Positions 23,285 to 32,000 of a DNA stretch of 32,000 nucleotides are shown here, one piece after another (the first letter of the stretch is position 1; each line of letters opens with the position of its first letter). This stretch comes from Saccharolobus solfataricus (GTDB lineage: Archaea; Thermoproteota; Thermoprotei_A; Sulfolobales; Sulfolobaceae). A program made the translations under genes and the position numbers. The notes beneath the pieces are model-generated. The model did no database searches and was not told the DNA's origin. It saw nothing but the letters and a program-made list of their open reading frames with translations. The DNA lies in assembly GCF_900079115.1 (NCBI RefSeq), contig NZ_LT549890.1:810001-842000 (forward strand). The letters are read 5' to 3'.

Positions 23285-24899
23285 GGATGACTTCAAGAGG
23301 TTACTATTATTCTCGAGATATTTAGGAAGAGATAGTAGTGGATCTCAGTTTATGATAGATTTGGAAAGAGCTAAAAGAAATGGAGTAAAACCGAATGAGA
23401 TAGTAGAAATCTTAGAGGATTATGACGTGCGTCTTTCTCAAGAAGATATTGCAACATTAAGGGAGAAACTCCTTGATTGTTCCTTTGATATAGAGGCTGG
23501 TAAAATAATCATGAAACCATATACTTATCTTGCTGACGTTCTAGAGAAAATTAATGGTAAAAATGAGAATTCAGAGCACAGATTCAAAATCAGATATGAT
23601 AAACAAAATAGAAGATTTATAGTGCGTCCAATGGATTATTTTAATCTATTGCAAAAATTGAGAGAAAATGGATTAGAGGTCAAGGAATTAAACCTTTCAT
23701 TCAAGGAGTTTGAATTCGAATTTAATGGGCAATTAAGGGAATATCAAAGAGAAGCTATAGAAAATTGGATTAAGAATGGAAACAAGGGGGTTATAGCACT
23801 ACCGACAGGCGCTGGAAAGACAGTAGTTGGAATAAAAGGTATAGATATAATCAGAAAGCCCACTCTCATTGTAACCTTTACCAAAGAGCAGATGTTACAA
23901 TGGAAAGAAGCTATACTAAAGTTTACCTCAAAAAGACCTGACATTGGTTTATATTACTCAGAAGAAAAGAGAATAAGACCAATAACCATAACTACCTATC
24001 ATACAGCATATAGACATCTTCCACAACTATTTGATAAATTTTACCTGCTAATAGTTGATGAAGTTCATCACCTACCTGCAGATAAGTTTAAATTAATAGC
24101 AGAAGGTTTAATAGCTCCTTATAGGATGGGTCTTTCAGCGACTCCTCATAGAGAAGATAATAAACACAATGAGTTATTTAGCCTAATAGGGGGAATAATA
24201 TATTATAAGTCAGTTACCGAACTAGCCAAGTTAGGTTATCTCGCCTCCTATGAGATAATTCAGAAAAAAGTAAGGCTAACCTTAGAAGAGAGGAAGCGAT
24301 ACAATGAGCTATTGAATAGGTTTAAGGCATTATCTAAGGGCAGGAAGGTAAGTGAATTGATAGAGTTAGTAAAAAAAGGTGATGAAAGTGCTATTGAAGC
24401 CATGAGAGTTTATAATGAAATGAGAAAAATAGTGAACTTCGCTTCAGAGAAAATGAAGGCTTTAGACGAAATACTTAAGTCTGAAAAGGGAAAGATTCTC
24501 ATATTTACACAGTATATTGATCAAGCTGAAGAAATTGCTAAGAGATACAATTCTTTACTTTTAACCGGCAAGATGTCTAAAGAGGAAAGGAAGAGAGTTT
24601 TAGTGACGTTTAAAACTATGAATGCAGGGGTTCTTGTTTTAACCACTGTTGGAGATGAGGGAATAGACATTCCGGATGCTAATGTAGGGATTATTGTGAC
24701 TGGGACCAGTTCTAGAAGGCAATTTATTCAAAGATTAGGTAGGATTATGAGACCCTATAATGGCAAGCAAGCAAAACTTTATGAAATAGTTGTTAGTGGT
24801 ACTCCAGAGGAATATCAAGCAAAAAAGAGAAAAGAAACTGATATTCTCTCATTTGAGGGTATGTCTTATTCATCCTCCGAAAATATCGACAGAGATTAA
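23244..24899 (+). CDS. xpb: XPB/Rad25-type SF2 DNA repair helicase (paralogue not linked to bax1)
   Basis: Walker [19 protein letters not shown], the XPB-specific RED motif (HREDN), VGDEGIDIP and QRLGRIMR. An N-terminal damage-recognition-like domain is also present. Confidence 0.9.
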   Translation: MSSRTFYIKQWLDEDDFKRLLLFSRYLGRDSSGSQFMIDLERAKRNGVKPNEIVEILEDYDVRLSQEDIATLREKLLDCSFDIEAGKIIMKPYTYLADVLEKINGKNENSEHRFKIRYDKQNRRFIVRPMDYFNLLQKLRENGLEVKELNLSFKEFEFEFNGQLREYQREAIENWIKNGNKGVIALPTGAGKTVVGIKGIDIIRKPTLIVTFTKEQMLQWKEAILKFTSKRPDIGLYYSEEKRIRPITITTYHTAYRHLPQLFDKFYLLIVDEVHHLPADKFKLIAEGLIAPYRMGLSATPHREDNKHNELFSLIGGIIYYKSVTELAKLGYLASYEIIQKKVRLTLEERKRYNELLNRFKALSKGRKVSELIELVKKGDESAIEAMRVYNEMRKIVNFASEKMKALDEILKSEKGKILIFTQYIDQAEEIAKRYNSLLLTGKMSKEERKRVLVTFKTMNAGVLVLTTVGDEGIDIPDANVGIIVTGTSSRRQFIQRLGRIMRPYNGKQAKLYEIVVSGTPEEYQAKKRKETDILSFEGMSYSSSENIDRD

Positions 24900-24914
24900 A
24901 ATAAACCTAACCCT

Positions 24915-25430
24915 TTAGATCGATAATGTTGAGGTAATATAGTAAAATATGGAATATCCGAATAATCTTACTAGAACATCTCTATTATCTAAAAAGCAGA
25001 GTCCAACATTTACTCTGCCTTTATCTATGCTTACTATTGGTTGGTCATTTACTTTCAATAGCGGTACACCTTTAATACCTTTACTTATATATCCCTTTAT
25101 TTTGCGTCCAACAGCTTGTTTAAAAGTGAACGCTGTAAGAAGGGTAGGTTCTAATATTTCTATCTCTCCTTCAATATAGTTTTCACACTTAAGGAAAGCA
25201 GTGTTATGAAAAACTTCTCGAGTTAGTATTATACCTTCTATCCAGCTCAACTTTTTAATCTCGTGTGTGCACTGGTCGCTAACTAATGAGAGTGGAGGGA
25301 AAGTAACTATTTTTCCATTTACGTTCAAAGTAGCTGGATATACTAATATTATGTCTCCTTCTTTTATTTCCCTTGCTTCATTAGGTCTGCATATTTTACT
25401 GCTAACGTCTACGTAAGGCATATTAAGCAA
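24915..25430 (-). CDS. Hypothetical protein, about 168-171 aa
   Basis: Non-repetitive ORF. ATG 25421 (MPYVDV...) lies about 27 nt downstream of TTTTTATTTATA, so it is a more likely leaderless start than TTG 25430. No motif recognised. Confidence 0.5.
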   Translation of the reverse strand: MLNMPYVDVSSKICRPNEAREIKEGDIILVYPATLNVNGKIVTFPPLSLVSDQCTHEIKKLSWIEGIILTREVFHNTAFLKCENYIEGEIEILEPTLLTAFTFKQAVGRKIKGYISKGIKGVPLLKVNDQPIVSIDKGRVNVGLCFLDNRDVLVRLFGYSIFYYITSTLSI

Positions 25431-25509
25431 TATTAAGAGGTATACTATAAATAAAAATTAAAGATGTATGCACTTGTAAGGGCTGAGCAGTTGATGAATA
25501 ACCAGGCTG

Positions 25510-25794
25510 ATGAATATGAGATGGCTTAAAAAGAGGGAGGTAATAATATATTTCCTTCTTTTCAAGAAATTTAGATATGAGAAATTTAATATAGGTGATG
25601 CTTTTTCTGTTTTAATGCCCTATTTTTCTAAAAAAGTTGCAAGTAATAGTATAAATTATATGACTAAAATAGGTTTAGTAACTAAACTGAGTAATGTTGA
25701 GTATAGGCTTAATCCCTTTGATGATTTTGTTCTTTCCTTCTTGGCAAAACCTTATTTGGAAAGAAGAACTACTCTTCGTCGTAGAATTCAATAG
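25510..25794 (+). CDS. Hypothetical small basic protein with a possible winged-helix segment
   Basis: FNIGDAFSVLMPYFSKKVASNSINYMTKIGLVTKLSNVEYRLNP resembles a wHTH. The promoter geometry is poor (TATA about 55 nt upstream). Its 3' end overlaps the convergent gene by 26 nt. Confidence 0.4.
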   Translation: MNMRWLKKREVIIYFLLFKKFRYEKFNIGDAFSVLMPYFSKKVASNSINYMTKIGLVTKLSNVEYRLNPFDDFVLSFLAKPYLERRTTLRRRIQ

Positions 25795-26089
25795 TTATCT
25801 TTACTTTAACCTCTTTCTTGCTTAATGGTGGTATTTTGTCTCCAAAATCTACTCCCACGCTTATTGGATTTCCCATAGAATCTGTAAATTTTACATCAGC
25901 AACATAGTGGAGTTCTTGTCTTTGATTCATCATGTTCATCAACTCAGAGTATATTCTGGAGAGAGCCATTTGTAACGCTAATGGACTGGAGAAATCTTCT
26001 GGCTTTAATTGTATAGCTTTAAAATTGCCCATCATTTCCCCTATTTTCGCTTTCCCCTCAAATTCAACTTTAACTGTAGGCTGACTCAT
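25769..26089 (-). CDS. Hypothetical 106-aa acidic protein immediately downstream of alba1
   Basis: ATG with CATAAAATATT about 25 nt upstream (leaderless). Balanced composition. No recognisable motif. Confidence 0.55.
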   Translation of the reverse strand: MSQPTVKVEFEGKAKIGEMMGNFKAIQLKPEDFSSPLALQMALSRIYSELMNMMNQRQELHYVADVKFTDSMGNPISVGVDFGDKIPPLSKKEVKVKITIEFYDEE

Positions 26090-26170
26090 TTAAATCGCAA
26101 GAATATTTTATGTTAAGCTCCCTATTAAAAGTAGCGCATAATAAAAGAAAAGTCCAAAAAACTCAGACAC

Positions 26171-26464
26171 TTACTTTTTCCTTATGGCAATCTCTATTGT
26201 TGAAACTCTCGATTGCCTTCCGTCTTGGCTCGTTACTACTTGGCTCCCTACTCTAATTTCTTTAATCTCTATCTTGTCTGGTAAGAATCTGTTCCTTACT
26301 ATTTCTACAGTATCTACGGCTTTGCTAATAGCTCTTCCTCTAGCTTTGATTACTATTTCGCTTACTCCTTGGTTTAATAGAGTTAATGCTGCTAAAACAT
26401 AGTTCATTACTGGTTTCTTTCCTATTAAGACTACATTACTTGGAGTTGGGGTTCCGCTGCTCAT
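26171..26464 (-). CDS. albA: Chromatin protein Alba1 (Sso10b type), 97 aa
   Basis: [60 protein letters not shown]... matches my memory of Sso10b. The published Lys16 numbering fits a start at ATG 26464. The GTG at 26473 used by the ORF track is part of GGTG, an SD-like motif 6 nt upstream of that ATG. Confidence 0.97.
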
Positions 26465-26493
26465 CTTTTCCACCTTTTTGGTCTCAAATAGAC

Positions 26494-26506
26494 ATTCATA
26501 TAAAGC
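26494..26506 (-). promoter_or_regulatory. alba1 TATA box
   Basis: The minus strand reads CTTTATATGAATG. TTTATAT is centred about 26 nt upstream of the GGTG/ATG region. Confidence 0.5.
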
Positions 26507-26545
26507 TAAAAAAGTTAACCGAATAGAGTAACACTTCGATAACTC

Positions 26546-26554
26546 TTTTAAAAG
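26546..26554 (+). promoter_or_regulatory. Reverse gyrase TATA box
   Basis: TTTTAAAAG is centred about 34 nt upstream of ATG 26584, which implies a short 5' UTR or use of a nearby downstream ATG. Confidence 0.45.
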
Positions 26555-26583
26555 ATCTTACCATCATAAAGTTTTTTCTAGCT

Positions 26584-29500
26584 ATGATTAATGTAATGTA
26601 TAAAAATTCCTGCCCTAACTGTGGTGGGGACATTTCTGGTGACAGATTGCTGAATGGTCTGCCATGTGAGGCTTGTTTACCTTATATTAACGGAATAGAT
26701 GATGTAGACCATATTTCAAAGGTAAAAACGTTATACAATATTTTACTTAATAACGATAAAATTAAAAATTATTGGAATTTATATTATAACATCACTACAT
26801 TTGAAACTGTCTTTAAATATTTTAGAGATAAAACTGGATATGAACCTTGGTCTCTCCAGAAACTATGGTTAAGAAGGCTTGCGAGTAATCAGAGTTTCAC
26901 TATGTCAGCTCCAACTGGATTGGGGAAGACAACCACATTGATGACCTATTCTGTCTTTATTGGCCAAGATGTAGTATATATCGTTCCCACAAAGTCCTTA
27001 ATGGAACAAGTATGTAAAAGATTAGAGAAATTAGGTGCTCAAGTATCTTGTGGTAAAATTGATCAAAAGAAAGTAAGCGTAATAACAATAAGTTACCTAA
27101 ATAAGAACGCGGACTCGATAGTAAGCCTTAAGCCAAACTTTGTCGTAATAGATGATGCAGATGCCGTAATAAAGAGCGGTAAAACAACTGATAGACTTGT
27201 TAGCTTATTGGGGATTCCGAAGGACGTTTATGAGAGTGCGATTCAACTAATTAGGCTAAGGAATAAATACTATTTCTCTAACGAATACACGGAAGAAGTT
27301 AAAGAAAAAATTAGAGAATTGGAGCTTAAGATAGCAGAATTTAAGGATAAAATTTCACAGCTAGTTATAGCTAGTGCTACAATACGACCTAAAGGCATTA
27401 AGCAAAAAGCTTTAAGGTTATTAACAGGTTTTGAACCTTCTTCTATTCAGTTATATGCTAGGAATATAATTGATGCTTATACTGAAAATCTAGATCTTTC
27501 AATAGTCAAGGAATTAGGAAGTGGTGGGTTAATTCTAGTTTCGAAAGAATATGGTAGGTCCAAATTAAATGAAATAAAGAAATACGTTGAGGACTTAGGT
27601 TTTAACGCTAAATTAGCAATAAGTGGAAGGAAATTCCTCGACGATTTCTCTCAAGGTAAAGTAGATATTCTAGTAGGTTCTGCGTCTTATTATGGTGTTG
27701 CCGTTAGAGGAATTGATGAACCTAAAAGATTAAAATACGTCATATATTATGGAGTACCTAAAATAAGAGCTAAGCTTTTTGACGCTTTATCTAATCCATT
27801 TACATTACTCAGAGTAGGTAAATTAATTGGAATCGATTTTTCAAAGTTACAGAATAAGATTTTAATTCTGAATCCTTCTGAAGTTCAATTATTGAAGTTT
27901 TCCATAATAAAAGGAGAAAGTATAAACTACCATAAGTTAGAACAATTGAGGCAAGAATTGCTATATTATATGTCATTAGTTAAAGATAAGTTGAAGGAGA
28001 AAGTCGAGGATACTTTAATTTCAGATAGTTTTGTAATTACCAAGCAAAATGGAAATTATTATATCGTCTATCCCGATATGATAACATATTTGCAAGGCTC
28101 TGGGAGGGCAAGCAGACTTTACAATGGTGGATTGACTCTTGGATTTTCAATAATTCTAGTAGATGATAGACACATCTTTGAAATATTGGAGAAGAAAATG
28201 CAAAAATTGTTTCCTAACACTACCTTTACTTCATTATCTAATACAAATTTATCTGAAATAAAAATTAAACTGGAAGACTCTAGAAAAGAAGAAGGGAATA
28301 GGGTCCATTTTAACATATCAACTGGTTTACTTATAGTAGAGTCTCCAACAAAAGCAAAGACTATAGCTAAAATGTTTAGCAGACCCTCGGTTAGGATAAG
28401 AAATAAAGTACCAGTATACGAAACCATTATAGTAGATGGTAATCAAATATACGTGTTAGATATAGTAGCTTCAAAAGGCCATATCGTGGATCTAACCTTA
28501 GAAGATATAGGATATTATGGGATAAAAGTAGAAGATGATGGAACTATAAAGCCATATTACGACTTAATAAAGAAATGCCTCGACTGTAATAAGATATTTT
28601 CTAGTGCTTCAGATAAATGTCCATACTGTGGTTCTGCAAATCTTCAATCAGCTCAAACTACCATTAACTTACTCAGGGAGTTAGCGTTATCAGTAGATAA
28701 AGTGTTTATAGCTTCTGACCCAGATACTGAAGGGGAGAAGATAGCATATGATCTGGCTTCATTCTTGTCTCCATATAATTCCAACGTGTATAGAGTAGTA
28801 TATCACGAAATTACTAAGAAGGCAATATTAGAGGCATTGAGGAATCCCAAAAAGATTAATACAAATCTAGTAATGAGTCAGATAGTTAGAAGGATAGAAG
28901 ATAGATGGATTGGCTTCACGTTAAGTAACTTACTAAAAACGAAGTTTAATGGACATAATCATGGTGCGGGTAGGGTACAAACTCCAGTTTTAGGTTGGAT
29001 AGTGAATAAAACGATAAAGTATAAGAGTGCAATGGGTCACGTGGTTTATATTGACATCGCGGGATACTCCATTAAAAAATATTTTAGTGAAAAAAGGAAG
29101 GTGGAAGAGTATATAAATAACTTACAAGTAGCTAGAATTGAAAAAATCTCTGAAGAGAAAATACTATTATCTCCATTACCTCCCTTTACTACAGACACCT
29201 TACTTATTGAGGCTAACATGAAATATAAACTACCAGCTAATCTTGTAATGAAGATTGCTCAAGATCTATTTGAGGCTGGCCTAATAACATATCATAGAAC
29301 TGATAGTACTCATATTTCCTCTGTAGGTATAGAAATAGCAAAGGAGTATCTTCAAAAGCAAGCGCTCATTAAAGAGTTTGTTCCTAGATCATGGGAATCA
29401 TCGGAGGAAGGTGCTCATGAGGCAATAAGACCAACTAGAGCTATAGACGTTAACGAGTTAATTCAAGAAATAGAGGAGAATCCTTATAAGTATTCGATAA

Positions 29501-30084
29501 GGTTTAGTAAATTACACTTATTAATTTACGACTTAATATTCAAGCGATTTATAGCTAGTCAGATGTCCCATGCAGTTGGTACAAAAAGTAGGTATTTGAT
29601 AAAGTTAGGCAAGGACGATAATGTCGATGTAGAATTGTTAAGTAATGCTGAAGGCGGATTTATTAAGGTATATCCAGTTAAGGTGTATAATTTACCTGTA
29701 GGTGAGATTCAACCTAAAGTTAATATTACTAAGGGGTCAAGTGAACAATTGCTAAGTTACTCTGATGTGATATCATTAATGAAATCTAAGGGAATTGGAA
29801 GGCCTAGTACATATGCAAAAACTATAGAAAATCTAATGAAGCATGGATATATAGTTAGCAGTAAAAGAAAGTCATATCTAATAGCAACAAACAGAGGTAT
29901 CTCAGTATATCAATTTCTAAGCTCCAAATTCTACGATCTAGTTTCCGAAAGTACCACATCTAGATTAATGACAAAATTGGACGACATTGCACTAAGCAAG
30001 TTGAATGCTTCTACAGTGTTATTAGAAATATTCAGCGAGATATCTACCTTAGTAAACCCTCTTAAGTCTGAGCAAAATGTATGA
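26584..30084 (+). CDS. rgy: Reverse gyrase (SF2 helicase-like domain fused to type IA topoisomerase)
   Basis: N-terminal Zn finger CPNCGG...CEAC, Walker [16 protein letters not shown] and ASAT. Then Toprim [17 protein letters not shown] and [10 protein letters not shown], an internal Zn ribbon CLDC...CPYCG, and the active-site Tyr context ITYHRTDS. Confidence 0.97.
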   Translation: MINVMYKNSCPNCGGDISGDRLLNGLPCEACLPYINGIDDVDHISKVKTLYNILLNNDKIKNYWNLYYNITTFETVFKYFRDKTGYEPWSLQKLWLRRLASNQSFTMSAPTGLGKTTTLMTYSVFIGQDVVYIVPTKSLMEQVCKRLEKLGAQVSCGKIDQKKVSVITISYLNKNADSIVSLKPNFVVIDDADAVIKSGKTTDRLVSLLGIPKDVYESAIQLIRLRNKYYFSNEYTEEVKEKIRELELKIAEFKDKISQLVIASATIRPKGIKQKALRLLTGFEPSSIQLYARNIIDAYTENLDLSIVKELGSGGLILVSKEYGRSKLNEIKKYVEDLGFNAKLAISGRKFLDDFSQGKVDILVGSASYYGVAVRGIDEPKRLKYVIYYGVPKIRAKLFDALSNPFTLLRVGKLIGIDFSKLQNKILILNPSEVQLLKFSIIKGESINYHKLEQLRQELLYYMSLVKDKLKEKVEDTLISDSFVITKQNGNYYIVYPDMITYLQGSGRASRLYNGGLTLGFSIILVDDRHIFEILEKKMQKLFPNTTFTSLSNTNLSEIKIKLEDSRKEEGNRVHFNISTGLLIVESPTKAKTIAKMFSRPSVRIRNKVPVYETIIVDGNQIYVLDIVASKGHIVDLTLEDIGYYGIKVEDDGTIKPYYDLIKKCLDCNKIFSSASDKCPYCGSANLQSAQTTINLLRELALSVDKVFIASDPDTEGEKIAYDLASFLSPYNSNVYRVVYHEITKKAILEALRNPKKINTNLVMSQIVRRIEDRWIGFTLSNLLKTKFNGHNHGAGRVQTPVLGWIVNKTIKYKSAMGHVVYIDIAGYSIKKYFSEKRKVEEYINNLQVARIEKISEEKILLSPLPPFTTDTLLIEANMKYKLPANLVMKIAQDLFEAGLITYHRTDSTHISSVGIEIAKEYLQKQALIKEFVPRSWESSEEGAHEAIRPTRAIDVNELIQEIEENPYKYSIRFSKLHLLIYDLIFKRFIASQMSHAVGTKSRYLIKLGKDDNVDVELLSNAEGGFIKVYPVKVYNLPVGEIQPKVNITKGSSEQLLSYSDVISLMKSKGIGRPSTYAKTIENLMKHGYIVSSKRKSYLIATNRGISVYQFLSSKFYDLVSESTTSRLMTKLDDIALSKLNASTVLLEIFSEISTLVNPLKSEQNV

Positions 30085-30318
30085 TATACGCCTTCTATCT
30101 CTAACTTCACTTCCAGTCTGCACATTTACCAATTGTACGCCATCTCCTAATCTGTCCTTTAATGAATTGTAGACGTCTACTGCTTTAGAAATTTCCCTAC
30201 CTGTTCCTTTTAATATTACTTCGTCTATTCCTTGATTAAACAGAACAATTACATCTAAAACGTGATCTTCTACATTTTTTGTTTTTCTAACTACTATCTC
30301 ATTCAATTTTTCTGTCAT
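30049..30318 (-). CDS. albB: Chromatin protein Alba2 (Sso10b2 type), 89 aa
   Basis: Alba fold pattern [44 protein letters not shown]...[12 protein letters not shown]. Its 3' end overlaps the reverse gyrase 3' end by 36 nt. Confidence 0.93.
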   Translation of the reverse strand: MTEKLNEIVVRKTKNVEDHVLDVIVLFNQGIDEVILKGTGREISKAVDVYNSLKDRLGDGVQLVNVQTGSEVRDRRRISYILLRLKRVY

Positions 30319-30364
30319 CTTCTCTCACGAGTCATAAGTGGATATGCAAAAATAAATCTAATGT

Positions 30365-30412
30365 TCAGTAACACGGGCCCTTATCATCAATCAAACTGAA
30401 GGGCGTCATCAC
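30365..30412 (-). ncRNA. Candidate C/D box sRNA (2'-O-methylation guide)
   Basis: The minus strand reads GUGAUGA-CGCCCUUCAGUU-UGAU-UG-AUGAUAA-GGGCCCGUGUUA-CUGA. The C box (RUGAUGA) and D box (CUGA) are perfect, both spacers are exactly 12 nt, the total is 48 nt, and the location is intergenic. The internal D' and C' boxes are degenerate and no terminal stem is present. Confidence 0.4.
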
Positions 30413-30429
30413 CAATAAGAAAGTTATTT

Positions 30430-32000
30430 TTAAGAGTATTTTAAACTTTGTAGATAAGCAATAGCATTGAGCAATAAGTATACTATAATGTCTTTACCTA
30501 CATGATAATACTTTTGTAGAAATTGATAGGAAGTATCTATAGCTTCCCTAACCTTAGCCTCCTCTATATTATTGAATGGAATCTTCCTTAAGATCTCTTC
30601 TGGGTTATTAATTAAATCGTATGGTTTCAACAAGATTTCTACTTGATTATCTCCTGACTTAAGGTCGACTGCAAAGATCTCATTATTATTTAATGGCGAG
30701 AAGGAGGAATAGTATTCTTCAGATTTAACAATGTCAATAAAATCTTCGTACAAGCACCATCTAGTTTCCCTACTATCAACATCTATAAATGATGTTACTT
30801 TATATTTATTATTATTTCTTCTAAGCTGTTTTAACTTATTTTCAAGACTTTTAGCTGAGATTCCTAAAATCTCCGATAGCTCATTAACTGTATACGCACC
30901 ACCTTTTAGCGCTTGATATATTGTTAAATTTAGATCAGAGAGCCAAGGCCTTATCTGTGCATGAGCGAATATCGCTTCTCTCAACGACCCTGCGTTCTCA
31001 GTATACACTATTTTTATTTTACCTTCCCTAACTCTTCTGATAAATTCTAGAGTTTTCTTTATGGTAAAGTATCTTTTTATGGTCTGTCTTAGCGCTTCTT
31101 TTATCAAGAATTTATCCTCTTTTGTGTTAATTTTTGATATTTTACCAAAACTTGGTTGGATCTCCTTAAGTGTCGCTATGTATAGAGGTGATCTTAATAT
31201 AGATCTTAATATAATTTTTATGATTTTTCTATCATTCATATTGATAATGTCTTTGAATAAATCTACTGGAGTGCCCTTTATCGAAAAACCATATATTGAA
31301 CTTCTACTAGAAGCGTTTAACGTATACTTTTTAGTAACTAAATAAAGTAATATATGAGATAAAGTATTTGAAATCCTCTCATCAATAACTACAGTGTAAA
31401 GCCATTCATCTTCCTTGTTTTCTACCAGTATAACATCTCTAGAGGGTATTTTCAGTCCTAACTTTCTATAGTTCTCGAATATCTTGATTATGCTTTCCTT
31501 TGAGTTTTTGTCCATAATCTCATTCATTGTAAGATAATATTCATTGAAATTTTCCATAATCTTTCTAATATAATTCACTATTAGTGGAGATTTGGACATA
31601 TTTTCTCCTTTCCATATAGGTATCTCACCTTCACCTTCATTTGCTGGAGTAACATCTATCGTATTTTTATGCATATTTATACGTAATACTTTCCAGAACT
31701 TTCCGCTTATTCTTATTATATCATTTGCTCTCACATGCTTATATACGTAAACTGCATCTATCTCACCTACGGTTATACCATTATGTTTTAAGGAAAAGGT
31801 TTCGTCGTTGTTGATCAATGAGAAGAATTCTGAGAAGTCCTTTCCCCAGCTGTTTTTAGCATCTCTATTAAATCTCCATATCTTAAAGAACCCTTGACCT
31901 AGTTTCAAGTAGTTTTCCTCTATTTTTATTATATTATTCTTGACCAAGTAATTAACTAAATCTAATAGTTTTGATAATTCTAGATTCCTATAAATATAGG
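30430..32000 (-). CDS. C-terminal part (at least 522 codons) of a large protein running off the window; Lhr-type helicase C-terminal (DEAD-associated) region suspected
   Basis: The frame stays open upstream of the TTG at 31947 to base 32000 (…YIYRNLELSKLLDLVNYLVKNN…). The segment ISGKFWKVLRINMHKNTIDVTPANEGEGEIPIWKGENMSKSPLI resembles the conserved Lhr block that follows the helicase core. HTH-like YTVNELSEILGISAKSLENKLKQL. No helicase motifs lie inside the window. Confidence 0.5.
   Translation of the reverse strand, partial: YIYRNLELSKLLDLVNYLVKNNIIKIEENYLKLGQGFFKIWRFNRDAKNSWGKDFSEFFSLINNDETFSLKHNGITVGEIDAVYVYKHVRANDIIRISGKFWKVLRINMHKNTIDVTPANEGEGEIPIWKGENMSKSPLIVNYIRKIMENFNEYYLTMNEIMDKNSKESIIKIFENYRKLGLKIPSRDVILVENKEDEWLYTVVIDERISNTLSHILLYLVTKKYTLNASSRSSIYGFSIKGTPVDLFKDIINMNDRKIIKIILRSILRSPLYIATLKEIQPSFGKISKINTKEDKFLIKEALRQTIKRYFTIKKTLEFIRRVREGKIKIVYTENAGSLREAIFAHAQIRPWLSDLNLTIYQALKGGAYTVNELSEILGISAKSLENKLKQLRRNNNKYKVTSFIDVDSRETRWCLYEDFIDIVKSEEYYSSFSPLNNNEIFAVDLKSGDNQVEILLKPYDLINNPEEILRKIPFNNIEEAKVREAIDTSYQFLQKYYHVGKDIIVYLLLNAIAYLQSLKYS

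Noticed and set aside
25491-25510. UUGAUGA followed 9 nt later by CUGA upstream of the 94-aa ORF
   Set aside because: The spacer is too short (9 nt) and there is no second C'/D pair downstream. The CUGA overlaps the ATG of the ORF, so this is likely chance.
26465-26473. Longer Alba1 ORF starting at GTG 26473 (MEKMSSG...)
   Set aside because: The GTG is embedded in a GGTG SD-like motif 6 nt upstream of ATG 26464. The literature numbering of Alba (acetylated Lys16) fits the MSSG start.

Overview
This looks like a core, housekeeping chromosomal segment of a Sulfolobales crenarchaeon of the Saccharolobus/Sulfolobus solfataricus-islandicus type. That assignment rests on a visibly AT-rich sequence, TATA boxes about 26 nt upstream of leaderless starts, GGTGA Shine-Dalgarno motifs inside operons, two Alba proteins matching my memory of Sso10b and Sso10b2, and reverse gyrase. 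Coding density is very high, with about 35 protein genes, many overlapping by 4-40 nt.

Content in order:
- Nucleotide and aminoacyl-tRNA metabolism: class II RNR (5'-truncated), a Cys-containing HTH protein, an orphan 346-aa protein, gatE-gatD, and ribosomal protein eS30 (missing from the ORF track).
- RNA modification array: nop5, fibrillarin, a 138-aa protein, a 310-aa HTH protein and trm1.
- Transcription factors: a TFE-beta-like wHTH/4-Cys protein, a TFB paralogue with gar1, and further on TBP.
- Between them: a coiled-coil protein, a DUF373 membrane protein, a small 69-aa protein and a BadF-type ATPase.
- Cofactor and modification genes: an Mre11-like metallophosphoesterase, diphthine synthase, FAD synthase (RibL), CTP-dependent riboflavin kinase (RibK), and TYW1/Taw1.
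- gatA-gatC, then a 123-aa ORF coupled to an XPB helicase, and three small orphan genes.
- DNA topology and chromatin: Alba1, reverse gyrase and Alba2.
- A candidate C/D box sRNA, and the 3' part of an Lhr-like helicase gene that runs off the window.

I found no rRNA, tRNA, CRISPR array, IS element or recognisable defence island, and I cannot point to a convincing new multi-gene system.

The most interesting leads are:
1. Two essential or conserved genes (tbp, ribK) have conserved N-terminal coding sequence that is not reachable from a canonical in-frame start codon.
2. An unannotated C/D box sRNA candidate.
3. A leaderless 123-aa ORF translationally coupled to the Bax1-less XPB paralogue.
4. 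Two uncharacterised proteins embedded in the nop5-flpA-trm1 array.
5. Reverse gyrase bracketed by both Alba paralogues, with a 36-nt convergent overlap.
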